Positions 49,410 to 59,485 are shown, counted from the stretch's first letter. The stretch is DNA of 64,000 bases from a virus (IMGVR_UViG_3300042391_001116:1309-65308); one strand, 5' to 3'. Numbers and translations are program-made. The notes: generated from the letters alone by a model not told the origin.

Positions 49410-49742
49410 CTACCCCAAATATTCCACACCACTAATTGTAGTAGTAACATTACCAGTATGACTCATATAGATTGAGTATCCATTACTTAGAATAAGGTTA
49501 GTGTCTATCTGAACAACATTGCTAGACGGAATAGATAAAGAACTTATATAAATATTATTTTCCGCAGCAGAGCCAGCTGGTGCAATTATGTGAATAGTAA
49601 CTGTTTTAGCAGTACTATTATTAGCATTACAGATACTAATATTTTTTACAATAGTATAATTACCAGAGGTACTATTAGCAGTATAAACATTAGCAGCACT
49701 AGTATTTCCTACAAAAAGAGTTTTCGGTGTTAAAGAAGCCAT
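49410..49742 (-). CDS. hypothetical structural protein
   Basis: Beta-rich ORF in the structural operon. Confidence 0.6.
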   Translation of the reverse strand: MASLTPKTLFVGNTSAANVYTANSTSGNYTIVKNISICNANNSTAKTVTIHIIAPAGSAAENNIYISSLSIPSSNVVQIDTNLILSNGYSIYMSHTGNVTTTISGVEYLG

Positions 49743-50087
49743 TTATATCCCCACCCATAAAAGAACTTGAGTATCATAAGTTGTAGTATTCATATCCTGA
49801 ATACTAGTCGCATCAAGAATATGATCAACAGTTGCATTATTGCTATGAGCAACAGCAACAATTCCATCATATCCCCTGCTAGAAACAGTTAAAGTATTCG
49901 CTGATCGCGAAGCAATAAGAATCTTTTCTTCAGTGACAAGGCCACGATCAATAACAATAACAAAATTATTTGAAGAACCCGTTGGGAAAGTAGAACCATC
50001 AGTCAAACTAATAGAAGTAGCAGTATTGCTAAGACTAGCAGATAAAGTAGTTGAAACTACATTGCCTAAAAATTCTCGTCTTTCCAT
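49743..50087 (-). CDS. hypothetical structural protein (RGxxGxxAxxH module)
   Basis: Module also present twice in 23664-27542. Confidence 0.6.
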   Translation of the reverse strand: MERREFLGNVVSTTLSASLSNTATSISLTDGSTFPTGSSNNFVIVIDRGLVTEEKILIASRSANTLTVSSRGYDGIVAVAHSNNATVDHILDATSIQDMNTTTYDTQVLLWVGI

Positions 50088-50088
50088 A

Positions 50089-50472
50089 TTAGTCGAGGCT
50101 GATCACCAAAGCGCCAGACGCAATTCTAATTGAGTCACCAGCCAAAACAGTACGGTTAGTTGTTAGAGTACCGTGGTACAGCATATTACCCGATGTAGAA
50201 GCGTCAAGAACAGCTACAGAAACAACAGTCACCGCTGGCATCGTATTGAAATCAACATTAGTGTCATTACTTGTTGAACCAGAAGATGCAGCACTAAACG
50301 TGATAGCTTGACGCGCATAAGAACCACCAGTGACTTCTGTTCCAGCCGAAGAATCAGAAGGGGCTACAGTATAAAGTGCAGCATAAACAGTTGTTGGCTT
50401 AGTAAACGTTGTAGTACCAAGCGAATGGTCAATTAACTTATTTTCCAAATAATTAGATGCGGAACCCGCCAT
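50089..50472 (-). CDS. phage structural protein
   Basis: SNYLENKLIDH...TEVTGGSYARQ family pattern. Confidence 0.65.
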   Translation of the reverse strand: MAGSASNYLENKLIDHSLGTTTFTKPTTVYAALYTVAPSDSSAGTEVTGGSYARQAITFSAASSGSTSNDTNVDFNTMPAVTVVSVAVLDASTSGNMLYHGTLTTNRTVLAGDSIRIASGALVISLD

Positions 50473-50474
50473 TA

Positions 50475-50810
50475 TTAACTCTCCTTAGCAAGTTCTTCAA
50501 GTTCCAACTGATCAGGAAGTCTAAAATTATCTAGTGTTAAAAGATGATCTGCTTCCTCAACTGGAATCTGATGAATTCTTTGCTCTTGTGAAAACTGATA
50601 TCCACTAGGTGTTGCATAACCATAGCCAGAAGAAAAGTAAATAAACTTATATCCGGGCTGTGCTACTGCAATATCAAAATCTCTATCGTTTTTTTCTTTT
50701 GTAATCTTAGGAGCAGCAGCTTTTTTAGGAGCAGCAGCTTTCTTTACAACTGATTTTTCATCAGTTGACTTAGCGTTTGTGTCTGTTGATTTAATAACAT
50801 TATCAGTCAT
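50475..50810 (-). CDS. small protein downstream of the capsid gene (capsid-associated candidate)
   Basis: KKAAAP repeat (18-nt DNA repeat at 50707/50725) plus a domain homologous to the GT C-terminus at ~7130-7295. Confidence 0.65.
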   Translation of the reverse strand: MTDNVIKSTDTNAKSTDEKSVVKKAAAPKKAAAPKITKEKNDRDFDIAVAQPGYKFIYFSSGYGYATPSGYQFSQEQRIHQIPVEEADHLLTLDNFRLPDQLELEELAKES

Positions 50811-50852
50811 AGTATAAAATTGTACCACATATTCTATTCAATACAAAGCAAA

Positions 50853-50876
50853 GAACCCCAGTTTTCACTGGGGTTC
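50853..50876 (-). terminator. intrinsic terminator after major capsid gene
   Basis: GAACCCCAG/CTGGGGTTC stem followed by TTTGCTTTGT. Confidence 0.75.
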
Positions 50877-50917
50877 AATGCCGAACGTTTTAATTGTAAC
50901 TATAACGCCCTAAGGTA

Positions 50918-51949
50918 TTAGAGAGTACGAAGCTTGACATTCTTTGCGATTACATACGAGTCAGCATTCTCAATATTGGATGCAACTCTCATGTACTGTG
51001 TGTACTCAATGGTGTCAGTCTTTGGCTTGAACTGACGGTACACGGTGATGTCGCGGTGGATACCGATAACACGGTTGTTCGGGAACGTGAGTTCCAAATA
51101 GCCGTGTGAACCAGCAGCACCAGAGTAGTCACCAGTAACAGCTTCAGGCATCAAAGGAACTTCAACCAACGGAATACCGAATGGAGCAAGACCAGTAGCA
51201 CCAGGACCACCATTTGCACGCATTGAGCCTTGCAGGAATGCCATATCACCAACGAGTGAACCAGGTGATGGAGCGCCAGCAGTAGCAAGAGTAGCCGAGT
51301 TGGGGTTACCCAAACTATAGATTGAGTCCTGAACAACGCCTGAACCAGAGAAGAACTTTAGTTCATTACGACGCTGCAAGTACTTGCTTGGCAGGTTACG
51401 AAGAACACGGTCATATGTTGAACGTGAAACGTTGTTCCCAGCCTCATCAACTACGCGACCAGAAGTTGTAGCCAACTTCACAAAGCCATTAAGAGCCTTG
51501 AGAAGAGAGTTGCTAGAAGAGGTGTTACCATTGATGAACAAATCATCCATGTCATTAGCAGTTTGACGTGCCATGATCTGAGCGATATGATCTTCCAATG
51601 ATGGTCCTTCAATGTTATCTTCCAAAGACTCAGTGCTGAGCGCCCAGTCAAGACGAAGCTTGACGGTGCTCAAAGAGACCTTGGTGAATGTGACAGCAGC
51701 ATTTGCAGCTGTGTCGGTTGCCTCAGTTGCCTTTGCAAGCAAACGAGTGCCAACGGAAGTCTTATCAATTTCCATTTGCGGGGTACGCATGCGAACCACT
51801 CTTGAGTTCTGCATGAGCACTGATTGATCAATCACGAAGTCAATAAAACGATTTGACTGCGCTGGCTTCATCAAACCACCACTATCGTTATTAACCACGC
51901 TAGTAGTGACTTCATCTGCCTTACTTAAAATTTCTTGTTGAGTTGCCAT
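50918..51949 (-). CDS. major capsid protein (HK97 fold)
   Basis: GGLMKPAQSNRFIDFV, SLEDNIEG, position after protease/scaffold. Confidence 0.9.
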   Translation of the reverse strand: MATQQEILSKADEVTTSVVNNDSGGLMKPAQSNRFIDFVIDQSVLMQNSRVVRMRTPQMEIDKTSVGTRLLAKATEATDTAANAAVTFTKVSLSTVKLRLDWALSTESLEDNIEGPSLEDHIAQIMARQTANDMDDLFINGNTSSSNSLLKALNGFVKLATTSGRVVDEAGNNVSRSTYDRVLRNLPSKYLQRRNELKFFSGSGVVQDSIYSLGNPNSATLATAGAPSPGSLVGDMAFLQGSMRANGGPGATGLAPFGIPLVEVPLMPEAVTGDYSGAAGSHGYLELTFPNNRVIGIHRDITVYRQFKPKTDTIEYTQYMRVASNIENADSYVIAKNVKLRTL

Positions 51950-51966
51950 AGTATTATTCCTCCTAA

Positions 51967-53718
51967 TTATGACTGATAACCAAGTGCGCTAATTAAGCCT
52001 TGGGGTAAATAAACGTTGTTCCAAACAGAAGTAGATACGGACTTAACAAGTTCCTCTTCATCAGCGTCATCTTCAGGGTCAACACTTTTCTTAATTGCAC
52101 CAGATGTTGCGATTGTATTGACCTTTTCTTCTTGGTCAGCCAAAGACTTCTCTGCTGCTTCTAACTTTCCTTGAATTTCAGTTGCCTGAACTTCAAAACT
52201 CTTTGCAATGCTGTCGATTTTTTCTTGAACAGTTGCTTCAACTTCTTCTTTAATTGAAGTAGCGAAGTTAGCCAGTTTCTCGTCAACCACAGCACTAAGA
52301 GCATCCTTAAGGATTTCAATATCCATTTCTTCCTCCAATGTGTTCTCAGTTACTTCAACTTTAGATTCTGTTGAAGTTGTTTCTTTTACATCTTGAACAA
52401 CCCAGTTAACAAACCTTTTCAAAAGAGAAAGTTTATTGTAGTCTTGTTCTTCCATGTTTAAGATCGTATCATATTGTACATCATTTTGCAAGATATCTGC
52501 TTGCATTTTAGTAATATTTGTATCTTCTTCATCTACAAATTCTTTGATGTCATCAATAGGGGCTGAACTATCAAGCATATCAGCTAATGCTGTAACAATA
52601 TCTTTTACTTCATTCCAATCTTCTTCTACTTCATCAATTACATCTAATTGACTGTCAGAACTCTTATTCATAGTGGTCTCCTTTTTCTTACTAGGCCTCT
52701 TTTTCTTTTTAGGCTTAACTTTTGCAGAAGGATCGCCATAGCCCTGTTGAGGATTCTTAAGACCAGAATTCATATTAGTTGTTGCAACTTCACCTTCTTT
52801 AACAAGTTTATCAGGAATACTGCAACCACATGAGCAATTGTCTTTTTCAATATCAAAATCTTCATCATATTTTTTTGTACAGTTATTTAAAGTTTCAACT
52901 TTAGATCTAGCCCAAGCCCATCCAGCGTCACCGCCCCAGAGATTCCAAGCAATACGGCCATTAGAAGGGTAGCCATCTTCACCAGGACTCCATCCTTTAC
53001 CTTGCTTGTCCACTTCATGACGGGGAAAGTAACTTGCAACTTTTCTAACAAACTGTTCACTAGCATTACCGCCAGCAGAAAGTCTTCTTGCAGAACCAAG
53101 CCCAACGCTCGTTCCACCACGACCAAATTCTCTACGTTGTGATAATCCAATTGCAGCAATCTTCTTTACACTATCTGGGATAGAAAGATCTATGTCACCA
53201 CAATCTACTTTTAAAACATAATCATAATTGCCATCAGAATCCATTTTAACAATATCAATAACTGCAACTTGATTAGCAGGATTATCAACTAAACTAAGTT
53301 CACCAAGTTCATAATCTTTAATTACGTTAACTGGCTTTCCTCTAAAAATTTTTTTAGTGTCCATCTCTTTTTGGATAATCTTTCCACCAATTGAAAAAGC
53401 ACGAAGTGTCCCATCAAGAACTTTTTCCCAAGTATCTTGAGCACCTTTAGAAATATATGCTTCTACACGAATAGCATTATAAGACTCACCATCAGCGCCT
53501 TTAACAATAACTGGCTCATACTTAATAGCTTTACCTACAGCAATAGGAGAATGCATCTCTCTAATGTTGCCAGACCAGTTTTTAAATGCAACAAGTGATG
53601 CATTAAAGTCAATAATATCTCCAGCTTTATCAATATTATCTGCTGTAGCAATTCCCACTACAATACGTTCTTCTCTCTTGATAAAATCAATTGGGAACGA
53701 TATATTAAAATTTTCCAT
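51967..53718 (-). CDS. prohead protease fused to scaffold, with inserted domain
   Basis: IREMH, RAFSIGG, ELSLVDNPAN; acidic coiled-coil C-terminus. Confidence 0.88.
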   Translation of the reverse strand: MENFNISFPIDFIKREERIVVGIATADNIDKAGDIIDFNASLVAFKNWSGNIREMHSPIAVGKAIKYEPVIVKGADGESYNAIRVEAYISKGAQDTWEKVLDGTLRAFSIGGKIIQKEMDTKKIFRGKPVNVIKDYELGELSLVDNPANQVAVIDIVKMDSDGNYDYVLKVDCGDIDLSIPDSVKKIAAIGLSQRREFGRGGTSVGLGSARRLSAGGNASEQFVRKVASYFPRHEVDKQGKGWSPGEDGYPSNGRIAWNLWGGDAGWAWARSKVETLNNCTKKYDEDFDIEKDNCSCGCSIPDKLVKEGEVATTNMNSGLKNPQQGYGDPSAKVKPKKKKRPSKKKETTMNKSSDSQLDVIDEVEEDWNEVKDIVTALADMLDSSAPIDDIKEFVDEEDTNITKMQADILQNDVQYDTILNMEEQDYNKLSLLKRFVNWVVQDVKETTSTESKVEVTENTLEEEMDIEILKDALSAVVDEKLANFATSIKEEVEATVQEKIDSIAKSFEVQATEIQGKLEAAEKSLADQEEKVNTIATSGAIKKSVDPEDDADEEELVKSVSTSVWNNVYLPQGLISALGYQS

Positions 53719-53757
53719 ATTACCCCTATGTTACAGTATTTTTATTAAAAATACAAA

Positions 53758-54021
53758 TTACCCTATTGCATAAACACTTAAAGTACATGAGGCGGTTGAA
53801 ATTTGAAATGTAGTGTAATCACCAGGGATGCAATGGTACATATGTGCACCATTGGTTGGTGAGTGAGGAATACTTATTTGATATATTCCGTTCAACACAA
53901 CAGTCGCTGTTGTGCTGCTATTTTGATTCCAAAAATAAATTGCAGATGTATGATGATTAAGACTCTGCACACCGTCAGTACTTACTACTGCCGTATCTGA
54001 ATAAACTAAACTTCCATTCAT
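53758..54021 (-). CDS. small hypothetical (possible decoration) protein
   Basis: 87-aa beta-rich ORF between portal and protease. Confidence 0.6.
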   Translation of the reverse strand: MNGSLVYSDTAVVSTDGVQSLNHHTSAIYFWNQNSSTTATVVLNGIYQISIPHSPTNGAHMYHCIPGDYTTFQISTASCTLSVYAIG

Positions 54022-54033
54022 TATTTTCTCCTT

Positions 54034-55650
54034 TTAGGCACTAGTATTTGTGCCATTATCTTGATTCTGACCGCGCTCTGCTTGGTCACCATTCTGTCGA
54101 GGATCCACAGCGCCATCGGCTGTATCTGCTGATGCTCTTCTGGGGAAAGCCGACTGATTGTTTGAATTCATAGGGGGCGCACCCGCCCCTTCTTTTTTAA
54201 TTTTAGTGGGGAAAGGAAGAACCTCATCACCATCTGATCTTTCTGGATATCCAAGATGACCTCTGACCTCATTAGGTGTAATAATTTCAGTTCTCAAATA
54301 CCTATCATAAATTCTAGACTGCATCTCGTCATCAACAAGATCAATCCTCTTAAACTTCAAAGTTAAAAGATCAGTAAACTCAGCAATAATCTTATTAATC
54401 TTCTTTTCAATAACAGCTTGATCTGGACCAATAACCTGAGTCTTAAATGTCTTATCAGCATCTCTAGACACAGCAAGGTTTGCGTTATCATAAACGCCAA
54501 CCTTTGGCGCTGGAACTCTATTGGCAACTAGGATTTCATCTCTGTTTGATTTTCTGAATTTATCAAATGACGCATCTTGAATTCCCGCCTCAAGCTTCTC
54601 AAATTTGATATCAGCATCAGAACCGATAGAAGAAGGAATAGGGATAACAAGAGTACCATGATTTCTGCCTTTGACTTCATTTCTAAAATAGTTAACTAAT
54701 TCTTGTTTTGATTTTGCACTAAGCTTTGCACCCTTTAAGATAATTGCATATCTAGGAATTGCTTTATTTTCAAAGTAATCAATATTATATTCTTTTGCGT
54801 ATTTATCACCAACGATAGCTGCAGCAGCAGAAACGGCTGGCGGAATACCGTAATAAGAGTTGTTCGGTGAATAAATTTTAAAATGAATTAACTCGTTTGG
54901 GTTAGCATCTAAATTAAGTGGATCTTCTGTTTCAAGATCTTGGAAATTTCTAAAATAGACAGCACTAATCTTATTGCTCTTAGCAATTTGAACGTACCCA
55001 TCTCTTTTTCTTCTAACTCTTACAAGAGTTGCTGGAACATGACCGATATAGCCAACTGAGCCATCAACATTTCTACCAATTTCAAGATACCCGTTTCCAA
55101 CAGTCATGACATCAAGCCATACTCTAACCATTGTTTCTAAAAACGTTTCTTCATCATTTAAATTTTCAAAAATATCATCAAGACGTTCTTTTTCATCTTG
55201 AAGACCTTTTCTAACTCTAGAAAGCTTTTCAACATCACCTTGAGTCTTTTCAATTCTTCGCCTTGCTTTTGTGGTCTCAACAAATTCGTATCCAAGACCA
55301 ACAGTGTTCATTGCTCTAGCATTAATAGCCGAGTTATGAATAGCACTTTGATCATAAAGACCAGCAAGTGTATCTAGGTCATATGGGGGAGTAACAACAT
55401 CATAAAGAGAGTATCCATCCAGCATTTCTGGGTCAACATACTTAGCACCAGTCTCACCCATTCCAGTAAGTCTTTTTTGTAGGTTATAAAACTTTCTTTT
55501 CATCTTAGGTGAAAGTTGAGAAGTTTTAACCTGAGTAAATGGATCATTGTTTTCCATTTTTGATAGAACTTGAACATATGAAAGTTCGTCTATTTCAACG
55601 CCATCTTCTGGATCATCTATATGCATTGTTGTTCCCATCTTATACTCCAA
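54034..55650 (-). CDS. portal protein
   Basis: GNGYLEIGRN, YYGIPPAV, YFENKAIP, ITPNEVRGHLGY. Confidence 0.92.
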   Translation of the reverse strand: MEYKMGTTMHIDDPEDGVEIDELSYVQVLSKMENNDPFTQVKTSQLSPKMKRKFYNLQKRLTGMGETGAKYVDPEMLDGYSLYDVVTPPYDLDTLAGLYDQSAIHNSAINARAMNTVGLGYEFVETTKARRRIEKTQGDVEKLSRVRKGLQDEKERLDDIFENLNDEETFLETMVRVWLDVMTVGNGYLEIGRNVDGSVGYIGHVPATLVRVRRKRDGYVQIAKSNKISAVYFRNFQDLETEDPLNLDANPNELIHFKIYSPNNSYYGIPPAVSAAAAIVGDKYAKEYNIDYFENKAIPRYAIILKGAKLSAKSKQELVNYFRNEVKGRNHGTLVIPIPSSIGSDADIKFEKLEAGIQDASFDKFRKSNRDEILVANRVPAPKVGVYDNANLAVSRDADKTFKTQVIGPDQAVIEKKINKIIAEFTDLLTLKFKRIDLVDDEMQSRIYDRYLRTEIITPNEVRGHLGYPERSDGDEVLPFPTKIKKEGAGAPPMNSNNQSAFPRRASADTADGAVDPRQNGDQAERGQNQDNGTNTSA

Positions 55651-55966
55651 AATGGCGCTTAAAAGCGTCTTCGTAAGGATCGGGTGTCAGTCCATCAGAC
55701 AATCTTGCACTTTGATCTTCAAACTCTGATTTAGTAACTTTCCTAGCACCAGAGATCCACGCTGGGTATCCTGCGTCACTACCAGTCCAGTACAAAGCAG
55801 CTTCTGCTACTCTCTTTTCAATCTTTGGATCGTTAATAATACCTTCAGCTGATAAAACACCATCGCCATCACTTAAAGGTAAACCATCAGGAGTCATCCA
55901 AACACATACACCAAATGAAGTGTCTGGAACCCAAATCTTTTTGCTATCAACAATACTTGTTTCCAT
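55640..55966 (-). CDS. hypothetical protein
   Basis: ORF with a -10 (TATGAT) 7 nt upstream of the ATG. Confidence 0.7.
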   Translation of the reverse strand: METSIVDSKKIWVPDTSFGVCVWMTPDGLPLSDGDGVLSAEGIINDPKIEKRVAEAALYWTGSDAGYPAWISGARKVTKSEFEDQSARLSDGLTPDPYEDAFKRHFGV

Positions 55967-56012
55967 TTAACATATCATACACCATTTAAAATAAAAAAGC
56001 ACCAATAAATAC

Positions 56013-56041
56013 AAAAAGCGTACCAAGTTGGTACGCTTTTT
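56013..56041. terminator. bidirectional terminator-like palindrome after RNR
   Basis: AAAAAGCGTACCAA-G-TTGGTACGCTTTTT. Confidence 0.75.
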
Positions 56042-56062
56042 GCAGATTATGTATTTTTTTTA

Positions 56063-57991
56063 TTACTTAATCGGGCAAGCTCCACCTTCACACTCTAAAC
56101 TTTCAATTGAAAGATTATTAATAGAGTCAGTAAAAGAAACACTATTTTTAATTTTTGAACTTAACTTCAAGTAATCAGATTCAGTAATCTCTTCATATGG
56201 CGCAAGGTTAAAGCCATGATCACTATGCAATAGGAAAGATACAGACTTAATTCTATTTGTATAATTCTTAGACAACCATTCTTTAATATCAGTAAGTTCA
56301 TCTTTCTTATAGTAAACAGTTACGCTAACATTGTTATCAGCCCATCCAGACTGGGCTTTAACAACCCATTCTAATTGCTGCACAGCAGTAAGTTGATTAG
56401 CAAAAGTTGCATGATCTGGTGTTTGACATGGGAATTCAATCACGCACATTGAATGATTTTCTTTACCATCTAAACCAATATCATAAACAACGTTATAACC
56501 CTTTTCACGACAATATGTCACAAGAGGATCATTGCTAACCATTCTTACACGACGAATATAATATTTAGCATAAGCTGGATGAATACCGGGGGTAACACCA
56601 GCAAGAAGACTCAATGTACCACTAGGCTTAACAGTTGTAAGTTTAATTGATGGATTAATACCCAAAACCCCAGACCAGTGCTTATCAAACTCTTTCAACT
56701 CTACATAACAATCACTAACCCAAGAAAGCTGTTCCTCAGTAGACTGAAGCCAGCCAGTAATACCCTGACCCAAACGGCGATTTCTCGTAATAACATCGCG
56801 ACTCTTCTTGTATGGATAATACAAACTAGTAATTGCCTTTTGTGTCTTATAAAGAAGCTTGCTTAAATCAAGAAGTTCCTTCTTTGATTCAATATTTGGC
56901 AAAAATATTTCAGCAAGGTTACACGGTTCACCATCTTCCAAACCAATTTCACCACAAGGGTTAGTGCCAATAACTTTTGAATCGTTTACTTTTTCACCAA
57001 GACGACCTGTCTTGCGAATAAGTTTGCGGTTGATCAACCCATAAGGCTCTCCAGACCCATCGTAACCCTTCCAGAACTCATCTGTCATCTCTTCATGGGA
57101 ATCTGCAAAGATTGAGTTATTAGAGTTTGCACGCCAGTTTGGAATGTCATTACGACCCCAGTTTTTAGCCCTCAAGAAAAGTGTGTCATCAGGATCACCA
57201 ATAGCAATTTGAGCAGATCTACGTGAAGAACCAGCAACAACAATTTTACCAATAATATTTGCAATATCTAAAGCATCAACAGAACGAATATCTTTGCCAA
57301 CTCTTTTATCAAGAATATTACAAATATCAGTAATACCTTCAATTAAAATTTCTGGACCAGATGCTGTTCCACCAAATGTTTTCAAAGTAGCGCCAAAGCC
57401 TCTAATCAAAAGAGTGCTGTATGTAAAAGATTCTCCAGTTTCAAAATAACTAGTCAATACCTTGCCAAGAAGGGCCGACCAGCCCTGTCGCGAGTCTGGA
57501 ACAATAAAGTCAGCATCGTTTGTTCTTTCGTGCTTAACAAATTCAACATGCTTAACTTTCGGCATCTTATAAACAACTGAGCGTTCAACAGTGAATCCAA
57601 CTCCACCACCAACCATGAGGTGATCCATCAAAAACTTAAAGTCATCAACACAAGAAATAGTTGTCATCCAGCAATTAACTAGAGACACACCACTCATCTT
57701 TTCAACAAGAGGCGTACCTAACTGCCAAAGGGAGCGACCAGCAAAAATCCCTTTAAGATTAAAGATGTAATCAAATAGACGCTCTGCTTCATCTTGTGTA
57801 TATCCTGCACCAATAGATTGAGCACCATTGATTGATCGGCCAATAGTCTCGTGCCATAGTTCTTTTCGACCCAAAGACTCAATGTCTCTAGCGTATGTTC
57901 TCTTATAAACTATTTCGCCAAGACCATTAAAACCCCAAGGTGGTGTCTTATCTGCATAAGAATTAATAAATTGTTCTGATAATATCGTCAT
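56063..57991 (-). CDS. nrdJ: class II (adenosylcobalamin) ribonucleotide reductase
   Basis: SLVNCW, GTNPCGEI, TTVKPSGT, C-terminal CEGGACPIK; no beta subunit nearby. Confidence 0.9.
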   Translation of the reverse strand: MTILSEQFINSYADKTPPWGFNGLGEIVYKRTYARDIESLGRKELWHETIGRSINGAQSIGAGYTQDEAERLFDYIFNLKGIFAGRSLWQLGTPLVEKMSGVSLVNCWMTTISCVDDFKFLMDHLMVGGGVGFTVERSVVYKMPKVKHVEFVKHERTNDADFIVPDSRQGWSALLGKVLTSYFETGESFTYSTLLIRGFGATLKTFGGTASGPEILIEGITDICNILDKRVGKDIRSVDALDIANIIGKIVVAGSSRRSAQIAIGDPDDTLFLRAKNWGRNDIPNWRANSNNSIFADSHEEMTDEFWKGYDGSGEPYGLINRKLIRKTGRLGEKVNDSKVIGTNPCGEIGLEDGEPCNLAEIFLPNIESKKELLDLSKLLYKTQKAITSLYYPYKKSRDVITRNRRLGQGITGWLQSTEEQLSWVSDCYVELKEFDKHWSGVLGINPSIKLTTVKPSGTLSLLAGVTPGIHPAYAKYYIRRVRMVSNDPLVTYCREKGYNVVYDIGLDGKENHSMCVIEFPCQTPDHATFANQLTAVQQLEWVVKAQSGWADNNVSVTVYYKKDELTDIKEWLSKNYTNRIKSVSFLLHSDHGFNLAPYEEITESDYLKLSSKIKNSVSFTDSINNLSIESLECEGGACPIK

Positions 57992-58068
57992 CGTTCCTCC
58001 TAGAAAAATGTGTAAATTCAATGGTATCAATCTAATTGATCCAAGCAAAGACTAAATGCTTAGGCTAA

Positions 58069-59079
58069 TTAAAAGTTTTTTTCAAATTCCGTCAAACGGG
58101 AGAGCATCTTATCAGCGACATTTGACCAAGACATCTCACCGTGAATTATTTTTGCTGAACGCAACGTATATTTTTTAAAATCGTCATATTCACTCACAAC
58201 ATGTTCCATCAAATCAAGTAGTTCATCGTAATTAGGCACAGCCCATTCCCCGACATCACAGGCGTACAAGTGATCATGGAAGTCAGACTTACCCCAGGTT
58301 GCTGGGAGCGGGATGGACATTTTAGCAAAATCTGCACACCCTGTTAAGTTTGTGCAGATTGTAGGAAGTCCTGTAGCAATAGCTTCAAAAGGAATCATCC
58401 CAAAACCTTCACCACTTGTTGGGTAAACCATGCAATGGCACTTGTGATATAAACGCACAAGTTGATCAACAGAAAAGTTATCTGGAATACCAATAATTTG
58501 AGGATGATTATGGGCTGGCACAATATGACCATCAAGATAAACATCTGCAAAACAAAACTTATTGTATTTAAGAATTAGTTGAAAGTCATCGTTGCCTTCA
58601 TACAACTCTAAAAAAGCATCAACAACAAGTTGAGCGTTCTTTCTTTTAGAATCTCCACCTACATGAAGGAAGTTAAATTTACCTGTAAGTTCTCTTTCAT
58701 ATATTTCAAAGTCATCAGATATGCCGTGAGGAATAACATGAACGTTGGGATGAATATTGTTTTTAATATAGATATCTTTAACAAATTCTGATGTAGCCCA
58801 TATTTCAGAGCATCGCGACATATTATGTTTCCAACTATCTGGAACAATTGTAGACTCCCAAGGAGTATAACCAATATTATAGTTATTATGTATCTGATAA
58901 TAAATTGGCGGACAGAAATTAATATGAAAAGGTATTTCTTCTCTATTATAGAAAACACCAACACCCTTCTCTTGTAAAGCAAGGATGGAACTAACGGCAG
59001 CATTTTGGTAGCCTTGGCTAAACCAATTTTCTCCGCTTAAGTCTGTGTTGTTGAGGCTAAACCAGCTAACTTTCTTCAT
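58069..59079 (-). CDS. GT4-like glycosyltransferase
   Basis: GYTPWEST, EIWATS, FLHVGGDSKRKN, YPTSGEGFGMIPFEAIATGLP. Confidence 0.88.
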   Translation of the reverse strand: MKKVSWFSLNNTDLSGENWFSQGYQNAAVSSILALQEKGVGVFYNREEIPFHINFCPPIYYQIHNNYNIGYTPWESTIVPDSWKHNMSRCSEIWATSEFVKDIYIKNNIHPNVHVIPHGISDDFEIYERELTGKFNFLHVGGDSKRKNAQLVVDAFLELYEGNDDFQLILKYNKFCFADVYLDGHIVPAHNHPQIIGIPDNFSVDQLVRLYHKCHCMVYPTSGEGFGMIPFEAIATGLPTICTNLTGCADFAKMSIPLPATWGKSDFHDHLYACDVGEWAVPNYDELLDLMEHVVSEYDDFKKYTLRSAKIIHGEMSWSNVADKMLSRLTEFEKNF

Positions 59080-59305
59080 TTAAACTACTTATGTTCTGCT
59101 TTTCAATATCAAGACATTGTACACCCTTAGCAATAAGATCTGCTGCTTGTTCTTTAGAAATTTCACAAGTAATTGGTGTATTGCGATAAGCGCAACGAGT
59201 AGCTGCTAAATAGAACTCGCCCATTTTCATAATTGAAATAAGATCAGAGTCCATTATAACGAATGGTCCACAATCATCTGATTCTGCAACAGCGATTATT
59301 TCCAT
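59066..59305 (-). CDS. hypothetical protein (likely leaderless)
   Basis: TATAAT 6 nt upstream of the ATG. Confidence 0.65.
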   Translation of the reverse strand: MEIIAVAESDDCGPFVIMDSDLISIMKMGEFYLAATRCAYRNTPITCEISKEQAADLIAKGVQCLDIEKQNISSLNEES

Positions 59306-59330
59306 AAATAAATTATACAGCCTTTTTTAT

Positions 59331-59380
59331 ACTAAGCATACTAAGCGCGCTAAGCGTACATATATGCTTAGTTTGCTTGA
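59331..59380. repeat. 9-bp-phased CTAAGC direct and inverted repeats at the strand switch
   Basis: CTAAGC at 59332, 59341, 59350; GCTTAG 59366, GCTTGA 59375; ACTAAGCATA/TATGCTTAGT perfect inverted repeat. Confidence 0.75.
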
Positions 59381-59485
59381 TTAACGCGTACTTGCGTATT
59401 TGAGGGTATCACATGAAATTGAATAAAATGCAAAAAAAATGAAGATTTCTGAAAAAAATTTTTTATCTATGATAAAGTTCTCATC

